Shown here piece after piece: positions 58,665 to 64,000 of a stretch of DNA of 64,000 nucleotides. The notes under the pieces were generated by a model that did not search any database, was not told the DNA's origin, and was given only the letters and a program-made list of their open reading frames with translations. The position numbers and the translations under genes are program-made. Origin of the DNA: Patescibacteria group bacterium (lineage in GTDB: Bacteria; Patescibacteriota; Patescibacteriia; JAXHNJ01); the NCBI GenBank assembly GCA_041649715.1, contig JBAZMP010000002.1, forward strand, positions 68,964 through 132,963, in the 5' to 3' direction. The first letter of the stretch is position 1; every line of letters begins with the position of its first letter.

Positions 58665-61600
58665 ATGATCCCCGAAGCAAAACCATTTGATTTTAAAGCT
58701 ATTCGTCTTAAACTCGCCTCGCCCGAGGAGATGTTGGCCTGGTCGCATGGGGAAATAACGCGGCCGGAGACGATTAATTATCGGACGCAAAAACCGGAAA
58801 AAGACGGACTTTTTTGCGAAAGGATTTTCGGTCCTTCAAAAGACTGGGAATGTTATTGCGGCAAATATAAAAGAATAAGATATAAAGGCATCGTCTGCGA
58901 TAAATGCGGCGTGGAGGTGACGCGTTCGCTTGTTCGAAGGGAAAGGATGGGTCACATTAAACTTTGCGCCCCGGTGTCGCACATCTGGTTCTTGCGGGGT
59001 GTGCCCTCCAAGATTGGCCTGGTCTTGGGTCTTTCCATCCAGGATTTGGAAAAAGTGATCTATTTCGCCAATTTCATTATTACTAATGTTGATGACAAAT
59101 TAAAACAGGAGACCCTTGAACAAATTAACCGCGAATTTCAGAACAAGAAAAAAGTTATTGAAGACGATTTTAACAACCGGGCTGGCAAGATAAAACAGAA
59201 GAAAGGCGAATTGTGGCTGAAAGCGAAGAACGACGGGGAAAAGAAGGGAGTCGAGGATAAAGTTAATCAAGAGCTTTTCGCCAATGCCGAGGGGAAAGCG
59301 GAAGAACTGCGAAACTTGGATGAGACCGTGGAACTGGCAAAAAAAGAATTAAAGGAATTAAAACCGAAATTAATTATTTCTGAAAATAAATACCAGGACC
59401 TTTCTTTGAAGTACGGCCATGTTTTTGAGGCGGGAATCGGGGCGGAAGCGATCCAAAAACTGCTAAAACAGACCGATTTGGCGGCGCAGATCAAGGAATT
59501 AGACGAAGAACTAGTGGAAGCGCCGGAGAATAAACAAAGAAGGATTATCCGCCGTTTGCGCCTGATGAAAAGTCTGAATAAAAACGGCATTCGGCCAGAA
59601 TGGATGATTTTGACCGTGGTGCCGGTCATCCCCCCGGATTTAAGACCAATGGTTCAGCTGGATGGTGGACGTTTTGCCACCTCAGACCTCAATGATCTTT
59701 ATCGACGGGTTATTAACCGCAATAACCGTTTGAAAAAGCTGGTCGAACTGAACGCGCCGGAGGTCATCTGCCGGAATGAAAAAAGAATGCTTCAAGAAGC
59801 GGTTGACGCCCTGATCGATAACGGGGCCCGCCACGGTAAAACGGTGACCGCTTCGACCGGCCAAAAAAGAATGTTAAAATCGATCGCCGATATGCTGAAA
59901 GGGAAGCAAGGCCGTTTCCGCCAAAATCTTTTGGGCAAACGCGTCGATTATTCCGGCCGTTCGGTCATTGTCATCGGCCCTTACTTAAAACTTCATCAAT
60001 GCGGTTTGCCGAAGAAGATGGCCCTTGAGCTTTTCCGGCCCTTTGTTATCTCTCAATTGATCAAGAGGGAATATGTGCATAATGTCCGTTCAGCTGGCCG
60101 CTATATCGAAACTGGTCGGCCGGAGGTTTGGGATATTTTGGAAGAAGTGACGAAGAATGCCCACGTCCTGCTTAACCGGGCGCCCACCCTGCACCGCTTA
60201 GGCATCCAGGCTTTTCAGCCGATTCTGATTGAGGGCAAAGCCATTCAAATACATCCTCTCGTTTGTCAGGCTTTTAACGCGGATTTTGACGGCGATCAGA
60301 TGGCCGTCCACGTGCCTTTAACCGAACAAGCCAAAAAAGAAGCGGTTGAACTGATGCTTTCCACCAAAAATTTGCTCAAGCCGGCGACGGGTGCGCCCGT
60401 GACGACACCCTCTCAGGATATTGTCTTGGGTTGTTATTATTTGACCCTGATAAAAGAAGCGGACAGAATAAAGATATTTTCCAGTCGTGATGAAGCATTG
60501 CTTGCTTATGAAAATAGTAATATAAAGATACACGATAAAATAAAAGTTCTGATCAAGGGCAAAATAATTGAAACCACCGCCGGACAAATTATCTTTAACT
60601 CCATTATTCCCGCAGCCATGCCTTATGTTTGTAAAACTTTAGATAAAAAATCCCTTTCCCAGATCATTTTCGAATGTTTAAACCTTTTTGGCCAGGAGAG
60701 GACGGTGGTTTTGCTCGATGATATTAAGAGTCTGAGTTTCAAGCACCTGACGCATTCCGGTCTTTCCTGGGGGATGGACGATTTGCCGGTGCCTGGTGAA
60801 AAAGACGGGGCGCTTAAAAAAGCAGAAGCCGAAGTGAGCAAAATCGAAGAACATTTTTCTTCCGGTCTTTTGACCGAAAAGGAAAGACACGCCAAGATTA
60901 TTGAAATTTGGGCCAAAGTTAAAGATGAAGTTCAGGAGATCTGCCGTCGGTCACTGGATAAAAATGGCCCGGTTTATGCCATGATTGAATCCGGTTCACG
61001 CGGGTCATGGGGCCAGATCACCCAGATGATGGGCATGAAGGGTTTAGTGACCAATCCCGCCGGGGAAACCATCGAATTGCCGGTCAAGGGAAGTTTTAAG
61101 GCGGGTTTTGATGTTTTGGAATATTTTATTTCTACTCACGGCGCCCGAAAAGGCCTCTCTGACACGGCTTTGCGCACGGCCAACGCCGGTTATCTCACGC
61201 GTCGCTTGATTGATGTCGCTCAAGAGGTTGTTATTACGGAAAAAGACTGCAAGGATGCGCGGGGCTTAGTCATTACCCGGCAGGAATGTGAGGCGATGGG
61301 CGAAGAGCTGTCTAAGAAAGTCTGGGGGCGGACCACTTTGGAAAAAATCGTTGATCCCAAGACAAAAAAGGTGATTATCGATAAGAATGAACTGATTACC
61401 GAGGAAATAGCGAAAAAATTGCAAAAGATTGGATTGGAGGAAATTCGTATCCGCAGCGCCCTGACCTGTCAGGCGAGACGGGGCCTTTGTCAAAAATGCT
61501 ATGGTTATGATTTGGGCTATAACAAGCTGGTTGAATTCGGGACAGCGGTCGGGATCATCGCCGCGCAGAGCATCGGTGAGCCGGGCACGCAACTGACGAT

Positions 61601-62519
61601 GAGAACTTTTCACACCGGCGGCGTGGCGGGTTTGGATATTACCCAGGGTTTACCGCGGGTGGAGGAAATTTTTGAAGCGAGACCGGTGAAACGGCCGGCC
61701 ATCATTGCCGAAGTGGACGGGATAGCCAAAGTGGAAGAACACAAGGATGTGCGTCTGATTAAAATCCGTTATGACGAACAAAAAGAAGAAATTTTATGGC
61801 AGGGAGCAAAAATAGACAAAGAAAAACTTAAAGTAAAAGATGGGCATAAGGTCAAAGATCAGACCCTGGTTTATCTGGACAAAGAAAAAGAAATACGAGC
61901 GAATCATGAAGGTACAATATTGATTAAGGAAAACAAGATTATTTTAGCTTATCAAAAAAATTCCGAAAGAGAATATGTGGTTCCCGCCGGCTTCTCTATC
62001 TGGGTGAAGGACGGCGATTTGGTCACGAAAGGCAGCCAGCTGACGGAAGGCAGCATTAATCTTTATGAATTATATAAATTAAAGGGGGCGGAAGCGACAC
62101 AAAAATACATAATGAAGGAAATCCAGTATATTTATTCTTCCCAGGGTCAAAAACTGAACGATAAACACGTTGAAGTGATAATCCGGCAGATGTTCTCCCG
62201 GGCCTATATCAAGGACGCGGGCGACACGGAACTTTTGACCGGAGAGATTGTGGAATACAATACGGCCAGAATCATGAATGCGGAAGCGGAGAAAAAAGGC
62301 GGCCGACCCGCGATTTTAGAGTCCTTATTGCTTGGTATTACCAAGGCTTCTTTGACCACTGACAGCTTTCTTTCCGCCGCTTCTTTTCAGGAAACCGCCC
62401 GCGTATTGATCGAAGCGGCCGTCACCGGCAAAGTTGATACCTTGCGCGGCTTGAAAGAAAACGTTATTATCGGAAAATTGATTCCGGCCGGCACGGGCTA
62501 TCGCAAAGATAAAGAATAA
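58665..62519 (+). CDS. rpoC: RNA polymerase beta' subunit
   Basis: [36 protein letters not shown]. Confidence 0.99.
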   Translation: MIPEAKPFDFKAIRLKLASPEEMLAWSHGEITRPETINYRTQKPEKDGLFCERIFGPSKDWECYCGKYKRIRYKGIVCDKCGVEVTRSLVRRERMGHIKLCAPVSHIWFLRGVPSKIGLVLGLSIQDLEKVIYFANFIITNVDDKLKQETLEQINREFQNKKKVIEDDFNNRAGKIKQKKGELWLKAKNDGEKKGVEDKVNQELFANAEGKAEELRNLDETVELAKKELKELKPKLIISENKYQDLSLKYGHVFEAGIGAEAIQKLLKQTDLAAQIKELDEELVEAPENKQRRIIRRLRLMKSLNKNGIRPEWMILTVVPVIPPDLRPMVQLDGGRFATSDLNDLYRRVINRNNRLKKLVELNAPEVICRNEKRMLQEAVDALIDNGARHGKTVTASTGQKRMLKSIADMLKGKQGRFRQNLLGKRVDYSGRSVIVIGPYLKLHQCGLPKKMALELFRPFVISQLIKREYVHNVRSAGRYIETGRPEVWDILEEVTKNAHVLLNRAPTLHRLGIQAFQPILIEGKAIQIHPLVCQAFNADFDGDQMAVHVPLTEQAKKEAVELMLSTKNLLKPATGAPVTTPSQDIVLGCYYLTLIKEADRIKIFSSRDEALLAYENSNIKIHDKIKVLIKGKIIETTAGQIIFNSIIPAAMPYVCKTLDKKSLSQIIFECLNLFGQERTVVLLDDIKSLSFKHLTHSGLSWGMDDLPVPGEKDGALKKAEAEVSKIEEHFSSGLLTEKERHAKIIEIWAKVKDEVQEICRRSLDKNGPVYAMIESGSRGSWGQITQMMGMKGLVTNPAGETIELPVKGSFKAGFDVLEYFISTHGARKGLSDTALRTANAGYLTRRLIDVAQEVVITEKDCKDARGLVITRQECEAMGEELSKKVWGRTTLEKIVDPKTKKVIIDKNELITEEIAKKLQKIGLEEIRIRSALTCQARRGLCQKCYGYDLGYNKLVEFGTAVGIIAAQSIGEPGTQLTMRTFHTGGVAGLDITQGLPRVEEIFEARPVKRPAIIAEVDGIAKVEEHKDVRLIKIRYDEQKEEILWQGAKIDKEKLKVKDGHKVKDQTLVYLDKEKEIRANHEGTILIKENKIILAYQKNSEREYVVPAGFSIWVKDGDLVTKGSQLTEGSINLYELYKLKGAEATQKYIMKEIQYIYSSQGQKLNDKHVEVIIRQMFSRAYIKDAGDTELLTGEIVEYNTARIMNAEAEKKGGRPAILESLLLGITKASLTTDSFLSAASFQETARVLIEAAVTGKVDTLRGLKENVIIGKLIPAGTGYRKDKE

Positions 62520-62540
62520 CTTTCACAAAATATATAAGAA

Positions 62541-62568
62541 AAAAATCCCTAAGATTAGGGATTTTTTA
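62541..62568 (+). terminator. rpoC terminator
   Basis: AAAAATCCCTAAGATTAGGGATTTTT. Confidence 0.75.
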
Positions 62569-62874
62569 GTCAAATTTTGAGTGGATAAAAAACCGTTGAC
62601 TTATATTTATATTAGTTCTATAGTAGTATATTGGTATATACCTTTTACATATGGTTTAGCGTAAATAAATGGGGTTTTGAACCGTGATCTGTATTTTGTT
62701 TTGGGCGCTTGGGTTGCCGAGAGCAAAGAGCGTAACCGACATTCCAATTTAAATTAGATCACTATTAAAAGCCTCGCTGATGCAGGCTTTGTAGATAGAG
62801 AAAGTCGCTCATTTAAAAAAGACAATACGATTATCGGAAGTTCTACGGTTGCCATCTATTGAAGGGAGAAAACC

Positions 62875-63480
62875 ATGTTTAATTATAGGATGTTGCTAGT
62901 TGCCTTTATGATTTGTCTTTCGGCGGTGCCCAGTTCGGCTGAACCGCATTGGCAGTATGTTCGGGCCGAAGGTCTGAACATGATGATTGCGCCGGCCGAT
63001 GAAATGGGTCGGGTCAGGCGGTTTATTGACAATAACGGTCCCCTGATACAAGGAGGTATAGTTGATAAGGGGGGGTTGCAAATCATTGATAAGATGAGTA
63101 AGACTGCTTGTGCCGGCTGGTGGGCCATTGCGATTTATATTCCGCCAGGGCAGCGGGCTGATTTCAAAAAGGGCGAAGCCAAAATCATCATGGCCGGTGT
63201 CCATAAGCGGGACACGGTAACCGTCGAAAGCGAACAGATTCTTTTTGCCTATGGTTGGGGCCTCCAGGGTCAAGCCTTACCCCTAAATCAGCGCAATCCA
63301 AGAAGTACAAAAGAAACAACGATACAAGTCAGGTGTTCTGAGGATCCCAGTCTTAACGATTTGGAATGGATGATAAAAGATGACGTGCATTATGTCATCG
63401 GTTGGGTGTCGTTTCCGTGGGAAAAGGTCAAGAATCTAAAACCTTATGAATTCAGATTGGGGGGGGTCTCCGTTAATTAA
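62875..63480 (+). CDS. Secreted hypothetical protein
   Basis: Signal peptide ending SSA; SD GAAGGGAG. Confidence 0.65.
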   Translation: MFNYRMLLVAFMICLSAVPSSAEPHWQYVRAEGLNMMIAPADEMGRVRRFIDNNGPLIQGGIVDKGGLQIIDKMSKTACAGWWAIAIYIPPGQRADFKKGEAKIIMAGVHKRDTVTVESEQILFAYGWGLQGQALPLNQRNPRSTKETTIQVRCSEDPSLNDLEWMIKDDVHYVIGWVSFPWEKVKNLKPYEFRLGGVSVN

Positions 63481-63494
63481 GGAGGAGGTGAGTG

Positions 63495-63683
63495 ATGAAA
63501 AAGAGGATGCGGCGGATGATCGTCGTTGGCCTGGTAGCAGTCGGGCTACTCGTGGCTACGGCGGCGAGCGCCGAGTACGCTGAGTGCAAGAAGGCACGCG
63601 AAGCGCACTGGCTCTCCTGGGGTCAAAACGTAGCCTGTCTGCACGCGATCATGGCTGATATCATCGGTTTCGGCGGCGATTAG
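63495..63683 (+). CDS. Small secreted two-Cys peptide
   Basis: SD AAGGAGGAGGTGA; signal peptide ending ASA; mature part EYAECKK...VACLHAIMADIIGFGGD. Confidence 0.6.
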   Translation: MKKRMRRMIVVGLVAVGLLVATAASAEYAECKKAREAHWLSWGQNVACLHAIMADIIGFGGD

Positions 63684-63812
63684 CCGGAACGATGAGATAG
63701 CCTGAAACCAAAGGGCGCCTAGCAGTCTTACGGGGACTGACATAGGCGCCCATTTTTTTATCTCCCGAACCTTGTCTTTATCGTTCAAAAATGCTAAAAT
63801 ATAAACACAATT

Positions 63813-64000
63813 ATGGCCAGAAAAAACAAAAAATTCGAGGATAAAAAGGGTGAAAAAGAAAAGGAAAAAACTCCGGTTTTAAAACCTGAGGCCAGGCACG
63901 GCATCTGGGTGGTGGTTTTATTTACCCTGGCTATTTTGAGCTTTCTCTCTCTTTTTGATCTGGCCGGGAGTTTGGGCCGGGTATTAGCCGATATTTTAAA
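63813..64000 (+). CDS. Probable FtsK DNA translocase, N-terminal membrane domain (truncated by the window)
   Basis: Basic N-terminus then LKPEARHGIWVVVLF...LAGSLG, resembling FtsK N-termini; motor domain not visible. Confidence 0.45.
   Translation, partial: MARKNKKFEDKKGEKEKEKTPVLKPEARHGIWVVVLFTLAILSFLSLFDLAGSLGRVLADIL

Noticed and set aside
55606-61613. Antisense ORFs within rpoB/rpoC (similarly within polA, uvrB and malQ)
   Set aside because: Shadow frames of strongly conserved genes, with no motifs or initiation signals.

Overview
This is a chromosomal window from a bacterium using genetic code 11. It is most likely Patescibacteria/CPR, inferred from the unlinked insertion-rich 23S, SD-less housekeeping genes, pilin-like surface proteins and rpoBC separated from ribosomal protein genes. 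Core content: 23S-5S rRNA without an adjacent 16S, tRNA-Ser(CGA), tRNA-Leu(TAG), tRNA-Arg(CCG), polA, holA, rpsT, uvrB, malQ, ruvA, a FemABX gene, murE, rpoB, rpoC and a partial ftsK-like gene. The most striking structure is a second gene class: more than 20 genes in self-contained cassettes (TTGACA-N17-TAAGAT-like promoter, strong AGGAGG Shine-Dalgarno, own terminator) placed between core genes that mostly lack an SD. Their cargo includes divergent prs and purF, an RpoD-like sigma factor, a REC domain, an anti-sigma-like zinc finger, a nuclease, CLec-like proteins and microproteins. Also seen: a 30-bp twin-hairpin micro-insertion in three unrelated sites, a heptamer palindrome found both between genes and inside 23S rRNA, octamer tracts separating cassettes, a possible split-FN3 strand-complementation pair, and pilin-like genes with swapped domains between conserved DNA linkers. 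All calls were made by eye, without database searches.
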